NCBI GenBank assembly: GCA_020724845.1
Contig: DYGE01000003.1
Coordinates: 1,377-65,376, forward strand
Origin: Candidatus Paceibacter sp.
GTDB taxonomy: Bacteria > Patescibacteriota > Minisyncoccia > UBA6257 > 02-FULL-45-10c
Reading direction: 5' to 3'
Length of the DNA stretch: 64,000 nucleotides
In this document: one piece after another, positions 1-7,951 of the stretch
Layout of the letters: each line of letters begins with the position of its first letter
How positions within the stretch are numbered: the first letter of the stretch is position 1
The notes under the pieces: generated by a model
The model's input: the letters and a program-made list of their open reading frames with translations, nothing else
Told to the model about the DNA's origin: nothing
The model's database searches: none
Program-made: the position numbers and the translations under genes

Positions 1-306
1 CTGGTTGATAAGGCCTTTTTTGCTGAAGAACGGAGCATTCCCCGGTCTCCCATCTTAATTAAGATAGATTCGGCAGCTGGCGGAAATGTGTCTTTGACCA
101 GGGTATTTATAGATGCCGAGAGATCAGCTGTTCTAGTAGCCGGAAGGGCCGGCGATCAATCAACTGCGGTTAACTTTAAGAACGCGCTTGTCGCGGAGGG
201 TTTTCAGAACGTTTCTTTGCCTCTTTCCGATATAGTGCTTAATCAGGATAGAACAGTCTCGTTTACGATCACCTTTAGCTTAGGAGAGCAGGGGACTGAT
301 TCCTAG
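1..306 (+). CDS. 5'-truncated PilN-like fimbrial assembly protein
   Basis: Frame is open from base 1 (LVDKAFF...). The C-terminal pattern (V-l-v-aG...F...L...F-NV-L...VSFTITFSL) resembles the PilN domain. Confidence 0.5.
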   Translation: MVDKAFFAEERSIPRSPILIKIDSAAGGNVSLTRVFIDAERSAVLVAGRAGDQSTAVNFKNALVAEGFQNVSLPLSDIVLNQDRTVSFTITFSLGEQGTDS

Positions 307-807
307 CGCTTCTTCTGATTTCCGAAAAACCTCTTCCAATATTTTTTTGTCAGAGGCGCTGATTTTTTTAAGCACAAATTTCTCGGCTTTTTGTCGCGGA
401 ATGCCTTTTCGGGGCTTTGGCCTTATTCCTATGCGCAAGCGCCAGAAGTTCTTGGTGCCTAGCGCATTGATAATACTTTCAATGCCGTGGTGGCCGGCTG
501 CTCCGCGCCCGTATGACAGCTTGAAGTCTCCCAGGATAATATCGCTATCGTCGTGAACAACCAGTGTATTTTCTGATTTAATCCCGGCTTTCTTCAGCGC
601 CCTGGACACAAATCTTCCAGATTCATTCATGTAGACGTCGGTTTTTAAGCTTTTACCTGCCTGCCGGCGGGCAGGGCCTTTTAGCTGGAAGCTTTTAGTT
701 AAATAATCAACAAAGAGGTGGCCGACGTTGTGATAGGTGTTTTCGTACTTTTTATCAGGATTGCCGAGGCCGATGATTAGCTTGAACTCTGGCTTGCTTG
801 TTTCCAT
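280..807 (-). CDS. pth: Peptidyl-tRNA hydrolase
   Basis: Motifs LIIGLGNP, HNVG, YMNESG, VVHDD, GHHG, RLRIGI. Confidence 0.95.
   Translation of the reverse strand: METSKPEFKLIIGLGNPDKKYENTYHNVGHLFVDYLTKSFQLKGPARRQAGKSLKTDVYMNESGRFVSRALKKAGIKSENTLVVHDDSDIILGDFKLSYGRGAAGHHGIESIINALGTKNFWRLRIGIRPKPRKGIPRQKAEKFVLKKISASDKKILEEVFRKSEEALGISPLLS
645..700. repeat. Heptamer array carrying a 21-bp palindromic insert, inside pth
   Basis: Units TTAAGCT, TTTA[insert]CCT, TTTAGCT, GGAAGCT, TTTAGTT. The insert 656-676 contains the near-palindrome CCTGCCTGCCGGCGGGCAGG. Confidence 0.65.
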
Positions 808-847
808 ACTCTAATTGTAGTAAAATATCTCTATTGGTGTCCATTTT

Positions 848-915
848 TAGCGTATAGCGTATAGCGTATAGCGTATAGGTTTATCTAAATGCTTAACGCT
901 AATCGCTGAACGCTT
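848..915. repeat. Heptamer tandem repeat plus inverted copies (hairpin)
   Basis: (TAGCGTA)x4 at 848-875, then AATGCTT, AACGCTA, ATCGCTG, AACGCTT at 888-915. Confidence 0.85.
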
Positions 916-921
916 TTATGA

Positions 922-1461
922 ATGAAATCGTTTTTATTAGCAATTTGGGAAGTTTTAGAAGTGGTTTTGATAGCGGTAGTTACGGTGTTTTTAATCCGCA
1001 CTTTTCTAATTCAGCCATTTTTGGTTAGCGGGGCTAGTATGGAGCCTAATTTTGGAAGCGGCAATTATTTGATTATTGATGAGCTAACTTATAGGCTTAG
1101 AGAGCCGGAGAGGGGTGAAGTTGTTGTTTTCAAGTATCCCAATAATCCGTCAACTTATTACATCAAAAGAATCGTAGGTTTGCCCGGGGAAAAGGTTGAA
1201 ATTAAAGAAGGATCCGTTTACATTTTTAATAGCGAGCATCCCGACGGCTTGAGGCTGGAAGAAGAATATCTGCCATTTAATGTAAATACTTCCGGCTCGG
1301 TATCCACCTCCTTAAGCGACAGCGAATATTTTGTTCTAGGTGATAATAGAAGCTACAGTTTTGATTCCAGAAGCTGGGGCAGTTTGCAGAAAAAGTATAT
1401 AATTGGTTTGGCAAGATTGCGGCTTCTACCGATTAACCAGGTTCAGGCATTTTCGTATTAG
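922..1461 (+). CDS. lepB: Signal peptidase I
   Basis: N-terminal TM, SGASMEP, YIKRIVGLPGE, FVLGDNR..S.DSR. Confidence 0.95.
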   Translation: MKSFLLAIWEVLEVVLIAVVTVFLIRTFLIQPFLVSGASMEPNFGSGNYLIIDELTYRLREPERGEVVVFKYPNNPSTYYIKRIVGLPGEKVEIKEGSVYIFNSEHPDGLRLEEEYLPFNVNTSGSVSTSLSDSEYFVLGDNRSYSFDSRSWGSLQKKYIIGLARLRLLPINQVQAFSY

Positions 1462-1537
1462 TGACCGCGAACAGCGCCCAAATAGTTTAAAGATCATTCG
1501 TATTATTAAATAAAATTTGCTATATCGCGAATACTCT

Positions 1538-2842
1538 ATGGCTAAAAAAATACAAAAAATCAAAAATTTGCGATCGCCCAGGGGGATGCACGACATTCTG
1601 CCTCAAGAACAGGATTGGTGGGATAAGGTTAGGAAGGAGGTGGACAACGTGGCTAATTACTACAATTTCAGCCGCATAGACACCCCGCTATTGGAATATT
1701 CTGATGTTTTTGAAAAATCTCTTGGCGAGACTTCAGATATAGTAGAAAAGCAGATGTTTGTATTGAGAAGCGGATCCGGAGATCGTTTGGTGCTTAGGCC
1801 GGAAGGCACGGCGGCGATTGTCCGCGCTTATATTCAACACGGCTTGAGCCATCTCGGCCAGCCGCTCAAGTTATTCTATTTAGGCCCGATGTTTAGAAAA
1901 GAACGTCCGCAGGCCGGACGCTTCAGGCAGTTCCACCAGGCTGGCTTTGAAATTATCGGCGGGCAGGACGATCCTATATATGACGCCCAGATTATTCTGG
2001 CTACTTTCAAGCTTTTAGAGCGTCTTAAAATAAGGAATTTATCTCTGCACATTAATAGCATCGGGTGCCGCGTCTGCCGGCCGAATTACCGCAAAAAATT
2101 GACCGAATATTATAAGCCGCTGTCCGCCAAGCTTTGCAAGGATTGCCGCCGCCGCGTCAAGCAGAATCCTTTGCGCCTTCTTGATTGCAAAGAGGAGTCT
2201 TGCCAGCCGTACAAAGCGGAGGCCCCGATTATATTGGACAGCCTTTGCGTAAATTGCAACCGGCACTTGAAGCATGTTTTGGAATTTCTGGAGGAGTTGG
2301 GGTTATCCTATAAACTGGATAACTATTTGGTTAGGGGTTTGGACTACTATAACAAGACAGTTTTTGAATTCTTCACTGAATCTGCTGATCAAGGTGGAAA
2401 GGCGTTCGATTTTGCTATTGCCAGCGGCGGTCGGTACGATTATCTGATGGACATGTTTGGCGCCAGGCAATCGGCCGCGGTCGGCAGCGCCGTGGGTCTG
2501 GAGAGGGTCATTGAGGTTATGAAGGGGACGGATGTCGGGCTTGGCCTAAGGAAAAAACCTAAAGCGTTTTTCATTCATATAGGAGATTTAGCAAAGAAGA
2601 GAAGCTTAACTTTAATTGAGGAATTGAGGAGCGCGGGGGTTGCAGTGCTGGAATCTTTAGGAAAAGATTCGCTGGCCGCGCAATTACGGTTGGCGAATAA
2701 AACCGGATCTGATTACGCGTTAATTTTCGGCCAGAAAGAAGCCTTTGAGGATTCAATCATTATCAGAGATCTAAAGAACAGCGTCCAGGAAACCGTGCCT
2801 CTCAAAAAGTTAGTGAATGAGGTTAAGAAGCGATTAAGATAG
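1538..2842 (+). CDS. hisS: Histidine--tRNA ligase
   Basis: Motifs PRGMHD, LRPEGTA, FRKERPQAGRFRQFHQ, LVRGLDYY, SGGRYD. Start chosen at ATG 1538. Confidence 0.97.
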   Translation: MAKKIQKIKNLRSPRGMHDILPQEQDWWDKVRKEVDNVANYYNFSRIDTPLLEYSDVFEKSLGETSDIVEKQMFVLRSGSGDRLVLRPEGTAAIVRAYIQHGLSHLGQPLKLFYLGPMFRKERPQAGRFRQFHQAGFEIIGGQDDPIYDAQIILATFKLLERLKIRNLSLHINSIGCRVCRPNYRKKLTEYYKPLSAKLCKDCRRRVKQNPLRLLDCKEESCQPYKAEAPIILDSLCVNCNRHLKHVLEFLEELGLSYKLDNYLVRGLDYYNKTVFEFFTESADQGGKAFDFAIASGGRYDYLMDMFGARQSAAVGSAVGLERVIEVMKGTDVGLGLRKKPKAFFIHIGDLAKKRSLTLIEELRSAGVAVLESLGKDSLAAQLRLANKTGSDYALIFGQKEAFEDSIIIRDLKNSVQETVPLKKLVNEVKKRLR

Positions 2843-2919
2843 GGCGTAGATCGTAGTGCGTAGGGCGTATAAAAAAACAATATCATTCCTACGAACTACG
2901 GGCTACTGCCTACGAACTA
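2840..2919. repeat. Heptamer tandem repeat plus inverted copies (hairpin)
   Basis: (TAGnnCG)x4 at 2840-2867, then CGAACTA, CGGGCTA, CTGCCTA, CGAACTA at 2892-2919. Confidence 0.85.
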
Positions 2920-2921
2920 AA

Positions 2922-3284
2922 GTGGATTGCATCTTTTGCAAAATAGCCAAAAAAGAGGTCTCCTCTAATGTTGTTTATGAGGATGATCAAGTGATGGCCT
3001 TTGAGGACATTAAACCGTCCGCGCCGGTGCATTATTTGATTGTTCCGAAGGAGCATATTCAGTCTATTGCTCATCTAGAAGGGAATCATCGCGACATTCT
3101 TTCTAAAATCATCTATGCCGCGAAAGATTTAGCGAATAAATTCGGATTAAAAGGGTACAAGCTGGTTTTTAATGTCGGCAAAGAGGGGGGTCAGGTTATT
3201 GACCACCTGCATCTTCATTTATTGGGAGGCTGGAATAACAAGAAAGATATTGAAGCGGTGCCGCATCCAGGCCTAGACAAATAG
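2922..3284 (+). CDS. HIT family (histidine triad) nucleotide-binding protein
   Basis: CIFCKI and HLHLHLLGG motifs; GTG start. Confidence 0.93.
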   Translation: MDCIFCKIAKKEVSSNVVYEDDQVMAFEDIKPSAPVHYLIVPKEHIQSIAHLEGNHRDILSKIIYAAKDLANKFGLKGYKLVFNVGKEGGQVIDHLHLHLLGGWNNKKDIEAVPHPGLDK

Positions 3285-3311
3285 ATATAATTTTGCAATA
3301 CTATAACGACT

Positions 3312-3521
3312 ATGCAGGTTAAAAGAAAAGAAGGGGAAACTATCGGTTCGCTTTTGTACCGATTCTCCAAAAAGGTAAGGCAAGGAGGTATTTTGCGCGA
3401 GGCTAGAAAGCGCCGTTTTCACGACCGTCCGCAGAATAAAAATAAGAGAAGGTTAGCCGCCATTTACAGGGAGGACAAGAAAAAGGAGGTTGCGCAAGCC
3501 AAAAAGATGGGCCTGCTTTAG
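3312..3521 (+). CDS. rpsU: 30S ribosomal protein bS21
   Basis: Basic 69-aa protein, V.RKEGE....L.RF.K.V...G; lies upstream of yqeY. Confidence 0.85.
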   Translation: MQVKRKEGETIGSLLYRFSKKVRQGGILREARKRRFHDRPQNKNKRRLAAIYREDKKKEVAQAKKMGLL

Positions 3522-3545
3522 ACTTTACGAACATACGAAAAGTCT

Positions 3546-3998
3546 ATGAAATTACAGGAGCAACTGACAAATGATCTTAAAGCAGCCATGAAAGCCGGCG
3601 AAGCTGTTAAAGTCGGTGTTTTAAGGATGCTTGGAGCGGCTTTGAAAAACAAGTCAATTGAGAACAAGAGCCAGGGCAAGCCGGAAGAGTTGGCTGATGA
3701 AGATATTCTTGGCGTTATTGGCAAAGAGGCTAAGAAACGAAAAGAGGCGGTAGAGGCGTTTGAGAAAGGCGGTCGTCCGGAAATGGCCGAAAACGAAAAA
3801 AAGGAGCTGGCTGTTTTAGATACTTATCTTCCTAAACAAATGAGCAGGGAAGAGGTGGCGGCCGCGGTAGAAAAGGTTTTGGTTGGCTTAGATGATAAAA
3901 GCAACCAAGGGCTGGTAATGAAAGCGGTGATGAGCGAACTCAAAGGCAAGGCTGACGGTAAAATGATAAGCGAGGTAGTAAGGGGAAAATTAGGTTAG
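3546..3998 (+). CDS. GatB/YqeY domain protein
   Basis: L..DLK.AMKA, KKRKEA...F.KGGR, YLPKQMS. Confidence 0.93.
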   Translation: MKLQEQLTNDLKAAMKAGEAVKVGVLRMLGAALKNKSIENKSQGKPEELADEDILGVIGKEAKKRKEAVEAFEKGGRPEMAENEKKELAVLDTYLPKQMSREEVAAAVEKVLVGLDDKSNQGLVMKAVMSELKGKADGKMISEVVRGKLG

Positions 3999-4132
3999 TT
4001 TATATAGGCACTTTATCTATTTGCCTACCGGCATCGGAGTTCGCTTGCTTTTACGGTAGGCGTTTTTTTATTTGCTATTTAAATAAATTTTTGGTAGCCT
4101 CTTTTTAGATTCATCGACACAAGAGAAAAGAA

Positions 4133-4939
4133 ATGAGCCCTCAATCAGAAGGTCAAAGAATGAAAGAGCTTAAGTTTCGGAAAGAAAATCATCAAAGCAA
4201 CCATCTTCCAAAGGCGCTCATTTTAGGCGGTACTGATGGGTTGGGGAGGCAGCTGGCTTTAGAGGCGGCTAAAAATTCCCTTTGGCCGGTGGTCACTGGC
4301 CGGCGATCGGTGCTCGGCGATAAAGAGCTTAGGGAAATTTGCTCCGCAATCAGGTTAGATTTATCTAAAGATAAAAGCGTAAATGATGGATTAGCCATTT
4401 TAAGGCATTGGTTTCAAAGCGATGTTGGCTACGTTTTCTGGAATGCCGGCGTATTTCTGCGAAAGCCGATGCACAGTGTTTCTCCGGATGATATAGATAG
4501 AATGATCAATGTGCATCTGCGCGGGCCGATGAAATTCCTCCAAGGGTTCCATAAAATGCAGGAAAGACCATACCACTTGGTAGTGATTGCTTCCACTTCT
4601 TCGTGGCGAGTGCGAGTTGACGAAACGCTTTACTGCGCGCTCAAAGCGGCTAAAGCTGCTTTCGCGAGGAACTTCGCCAGAGAATTAGTTGGGGACCTGT
4701 TTAAATCCAAAGTTACTCTAGTTAACCCCGGCGGCATGAAAACGCCGAATTTTTGGGAACCGAGCGGACAGGATATCTCCGGCTACATGGATCCGAAAGA
4801 AGTTGCCGAGATTATTTGGCGCGAAGTCTTGCTTCAGAAAGATCGAGATGAACCATATCATGAGGTGCAGATTTTGAGAAATGAAGACGGATCTCCTCGG
4901 GTTGAATACGGCCCGAAACTTCCGGAACTTCCTTTCTAA
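4133..4939 (+). CDS. Short-chain dehydrogenase/reductase (SDR)
   Basis: GGTDGLG, NAG, YCALK catalytic motif, NPGGM.T. Confidence 0.88.
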   Translation: MSPQSEGQRMKELKFRKENHQSNHLPKALILGGTDGLGRQLALEAAKNSLWPVVTGRRSVLGDKELREICSAIRLDLSKDKSVNDGLAILRHWFQSDVGYVFWNAGVFLRKPMHSVSPDDIDRMINVHLRGPMKFLQGFHKMQERPYHLVVIASTSSWRVRVDETLYCALKAAKAAFARNFARELVGDLFKSKVTLVNPGGMKTPNFWEPSGQDISGYMDPKEVAEIIWREVLLQKDRDEPYHEVQILRNEDGSPRVEYGPKLPELPF

Positions 4940-4991
4940 GCGGCTTTCAAAGCCGTTTTTTTAATGCCTAAAATTGAGGTATAATTCCTAG

Positions 4992-5381
4992 ATGAAATTA
5001 GAAGTCATCGTTTTAGACAAAGGGGCAAAAGATTATAAAAAACATATTATTCAATCAGCCAGAAAACTTTCTGCCGCCTTGCGGCAGAAGGGAGGTGTTG
5101 AGGTTTATCTGATTGGCGGCAAGCGGATGCGCATGCTTAATAAACGTTTCCGCGGCAAGGATAGGTCCACTAATGTTCTTTCCTTCCAAAAACCGAAGGG
5201 TTTTCCAGGGGAAAAGCTGGGGGAGGTGTATTTGGACCCTAATTATATCAAGCGGCACAAAGAGGACCCTGACCTGATGCTGGTACACGGGGTTTTGCAC
5301 ATTTTAGGGTATGATCACGAAAAAAATAGTGATAGAATTAAGATGGAAGAATTAGAAAGTAAGCTTCTTAAAAGACTATGA
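4992..5381 (+). CDS. ybeY: rRNA maturation endoribonuclease YbeY
   Basis: LN..FRGKD.STNVLSF and HGVLHILGYDH. Confidence 0.95.
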   Translation: MKLEVIVLDKGAKDYKKHIIQSARKLSAALRQKGGVEVYLIGGKRMRMLNKRFRGKDRSTNVLSFQKPKGFPGEKLGEVYLDPNYIKRHKEDPDLMLVHGVLHILGYDHEKNSDRIKMEELESKLLKRL

Positions 5382-5442
5382 CGATGGCTAATGGCTATGA
5401 CAGTTAATATTTTGTCATCGTCATGGTTATAGTCATTGTAAT
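5378..5442. repeat. Hexamer tandem repeat plus inverted copies (hairpin)
   Basis: ATGACG, ATGGCT, ATGGCT, ATGACA, then TGTCAT, CGTCAT, GGTTAT, AGTCAT, TGTAAT. Confidence 0.75.
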
Positions 5443-5448
5443 AAATGC

Positions 5449-6678
5449 ATGGCTCAACAATATGTAACCGGTCTAGATATCGGCACTAATAGTTTAAAGG
5501 CGGTAATAGGCGAATTGAAAAACGACGGGCAGTTGTCCGTTTCTAAAATTTTAAAAACCCCTTCCGGCGGAATGCGAAAAGGGAGTATCGATGATCTTTC
5601 AGAGATGACCAGGTCTTTGAATGTGATGTTTGGCGATATTAAAAAAGTTTCCCGCAACGCCCTAAAAAACATATATCTCAATGTCGGAGGCGCCGATGTG
5701 CGCGTGCAGGCTTCCAAGGGCATTGTCGCGGTTTCCCGAGCGGATTATGAGATCCATCAGGATGACGTAGACAGGGCGGTGCAAGCTTCCCAAGCGATTA
5801 ATTTGCCGCCCAATCGAATGGTACTCCATTCAATCACTCGGGAATTCGTCGTTGACGGTGTAGGGGATATTCGGGATCCTCTTGGGATGATTGGCAATCG
5901 ATTGGAGGTAAACAGCTTGATCATTGACGCTTTCGCTCCGGCAGTCAAAAACCTTACTAAGTGCGTGGAAATGGCCGGGGCAACGGTTGGCGGACTTATT
6001 TTTACCCCGCTCGCCAACTCCAGGTCCATTCTTTCAAAAAATCAGAAAGACTTAGGCGTTGCGCTGATTGATGTCGGTTTCGGCACAACCAGCTTGTGCG
6101 TATACGAGGAAAACAAGCTTATTCATGCCGCGGTTTTTCCGGTTGGCTCCGGAAATATTACCAATGATTTAGCAATCGGATTAAAGACTTCTGTTGAAGC
6201 CGCAGAGGCAGTGAAGCTGACTTTTGGCTCCGCTTCTCCCAAAGGAATTTCCGGCCGTGAAAATGTGGATCTCAAAAAAATTGACCCGAATGTGCGCAAT
6301 AACGTTTCGCGCCGATTCATCGCGGACATTATTGAAGTTCGGCTTGCTGAAATCTTTGAATTTGTTAATAATGAGCTTAAGCTGATTGGAAAAGCCGATA
6401 AGCTTCCGGTTGGCGCCATCTTGGTTGGCGGAGGCTCTAAGATGCCTGGCTTGGTTGACCTTGCTAAGGCGGAACTCAACTTGCCTGCCCAGATTGGCAT
6501 TCCCAGCATGTCCTCTTTAGAAATGGCGAGCGGGGAGATGAGTCTTCAGGCGGAGGACCCTGAATTTGTTTGCGCCATTGGCTTGGCTCTTTGGGGGAGG
6601 GATAGGATGTTCGCCGATCAAGTTGGCGGCGGCTTCGGTTCCTGGGCTAAGAAACTTTTTAATAATCTATTACCATAA
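5449..6678 (+). CDS. ftsA: Cell division protein FtsA
   Basis: GLDIGT, IDVGFGTT, GGGSK; adjacent to ftsZ. Confidence 0.96.
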   Translation: MAQQYVTGLDIGTNSLKAVIGELKNDGQLSVSKILKTPSGGMRKGSIDDLSEMTRSLNVMFGDIKKVSRNALKNIYLNVGGADVRVQASKGIVAVSRADYEIHQDDVDRAVQASQAINLPPNRMVLHSITREFVVDGVGDIRDPLGMIGNRLEVNSLIIDAFAPAVKNLTKCVEMAGATVGGLIFTPLANSRSILSKNQKDLGVALIDVGFGTTSLCVYEENKLIHAAVFPVGSGNITNDLAIGLKTSVEAAEAVKLTFGSASPKGISGRENVDLKKIDPNVRNNVSRRFIADIIEVRLAEIFEFVNNELKLIGKADKLPVGAILVGGGSKMPGLVDLAKAELNLPAQIGIPSMSSLEMASGEMSLQAEDPEFVCAIGLALWGRDRMFADQVGGGFGSWAKKLFNNLLP

Positions 6679-6682
6679 CTAT

Positions 6683-7849
6683 ATGGCAACAAAAAAACCG
6701 AACGAAGTATTCAAACACGAAAAAGCGAGAATCAAAGTAGTTGGCGTGGGCGGCGGCGGCGGTAATGCTATAAGCCGCATGAAAAGAGATCTTTTCAAAG
6801 GGATTGATTTTATCGCTATCAATACTGATACCCAGGACTTGGAGTTGTGCAATGCCGGCACAAAAATTCATATTGGTAAAAACTTGACTAAAGGATTAGG
6901 GACTGGCATGAACCCGGATCTTGGCAGGCAGGCCGCCGAGGAAACTAAGGCGGAAATTACTGACGCGATTAAAGGAGCGGACCTAGTGTTTATAACTGCC
7001 GGTCTTGGCGGCGGCACTGGTTCGGGCGCCTCTGGGGTTGTCGCGGAGGTTGCAAAAGAAAATGGCGCTCTGACGATTGCGGTGGTGACCAAGCCATTCT
7101 CTTTTGAGGGATCCCAGCGTGCCAGGATAGCCCAGGATGCTTTAATGAAGATGAAAGATAAGGTTGATACTTTAATTGTCATCCCGAACGACCGCATTTT
7201 CACGATTATTGAGAAAGACACTACTTTAGTAAAAGCTTTTGAAGCCGTTGACGACATCTTGCGTTATGCCATTCAGGGGATCGCGGAATTAATAACTATG
7301 CCGGGCATTGTGAATGTGGATTTCGCGGACGTGAAGGCGATTATGGAAAATGCCGGTACGGCTTTGGTGGGAATTGGAATTTCTTCCGGCCAGGAACGCT
7401 CCGTGGCTGCTGTCACCCAGGCGATTAATTCTCCTTTATTAGAAGCCTCAATAGAAGGGGCTAAGGGAGTTCTTTTTGGCGTTTCCGGATCAAAAGATTT
7501 GAAGATGATGGAAATTAACGATATAGCAAAGACTATTGCTGACGCGGTGGATCCTTCGGCAAAAATAATTTTCGGCGCTTACCATGATCGAAATATGAAG
7601 GCCGGACAGATAAAAGTTACTATCGTAGCAACCGGTTTCAGCGTGAATAGCGTGGCAGGCAAACAGTCGCCGGCTCCGATCTCCAGTCTTTTTAGCAGTC
7701 CGGTAGAGAAGAAGCCAGAGCCGCTGCTTATGAAAAAAGAGGAGGAGCGTTCGGATGAGGATCGGGTTGTGAAAGAAAGGCCGAAAACAGCAAAAAAATC
7801 CTCCGACGTCTGGGACATACCCACCTTCCTTAGAAAAAAGAAGAAATAA
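6683..7849 (+). CDS. ftsZ: Cell division protein FtsZ
   Basis: GVGGGGGNA, GGGTGSG, NVDFADV, C-terminal DIPTFLRK. Confidence 0.98.
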   Translation: MATKKPNEVFKHEKARIKVVGVGGGGGNAISRMKRDLFKGIDFIAINTDTQDLELCNAGTKIHIGKNLTKGLGTGMNPDLGRQAAEETKAEITDAIKGADLVFITAGLGGGTGSGASGVVAEVAKENGALTIAVVTKPFSFEGSQRARIAQDALMKMKDKVDTLIVIPNDRIFTIIEKDTTLVKAFEAVDDILRYAIQGIAELITMPGIVNVDFADVKAIMENAGTALVGIGISSGQERSVAAVTQAINSPLLEASIEGAKGVLFGVSGSKDLKMMEINDIAKTIADAVDPSAKIIFGAYHDRNMKAGQIKVTIVATGFSVNSVAGKQSPAPISSLFSSPVEKKPEPLLMKKEEERSDEDRVVKERPKTAKKSSDVWDIPTFLRKKKK

Positions 7850-7861
7850 GTATTTGTTTAT

Positions 7862-7887
7862 AAAACTCCCCATTTTTGGGGAGTTTT
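7862..7887 (+). terminator. Intrinsic terminator after ftsZ
   Basis: AAAACTCCCC / GGGGAGTTTT hairpin. Confidence 0.75.
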
Positions 7888-7906
7888 ATTTTGCGACAGC
7901 AAAAAG

Positions 7907-7915
7907 TTATCCACA
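7907..7915 (+). promoter_or_regulatory. Consensus DnaA box upstream of nrdJ
   Basis: TTATCCACA, about 36 nt before the ATG. Confidence 0.6.
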
Positions 7916-7951
7916 TTGCCTAGTTAAGAGGCGAGGTAGTAAAATGAAGTT

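Noticed and set aside
2060-2260. Cys-rich insertion in HisS
   Set aside because: It is a common feature of many bacterial HisRS proteins.
2856-2921. N-terminal extension of HIT given by the ORF track (similarly for ftsZ 6566 and the DUF4420-like gene 33345)
   Set aside because: The extensions run through repeat DNA or the upstream gene; downstream starts fit the family N-termini better.
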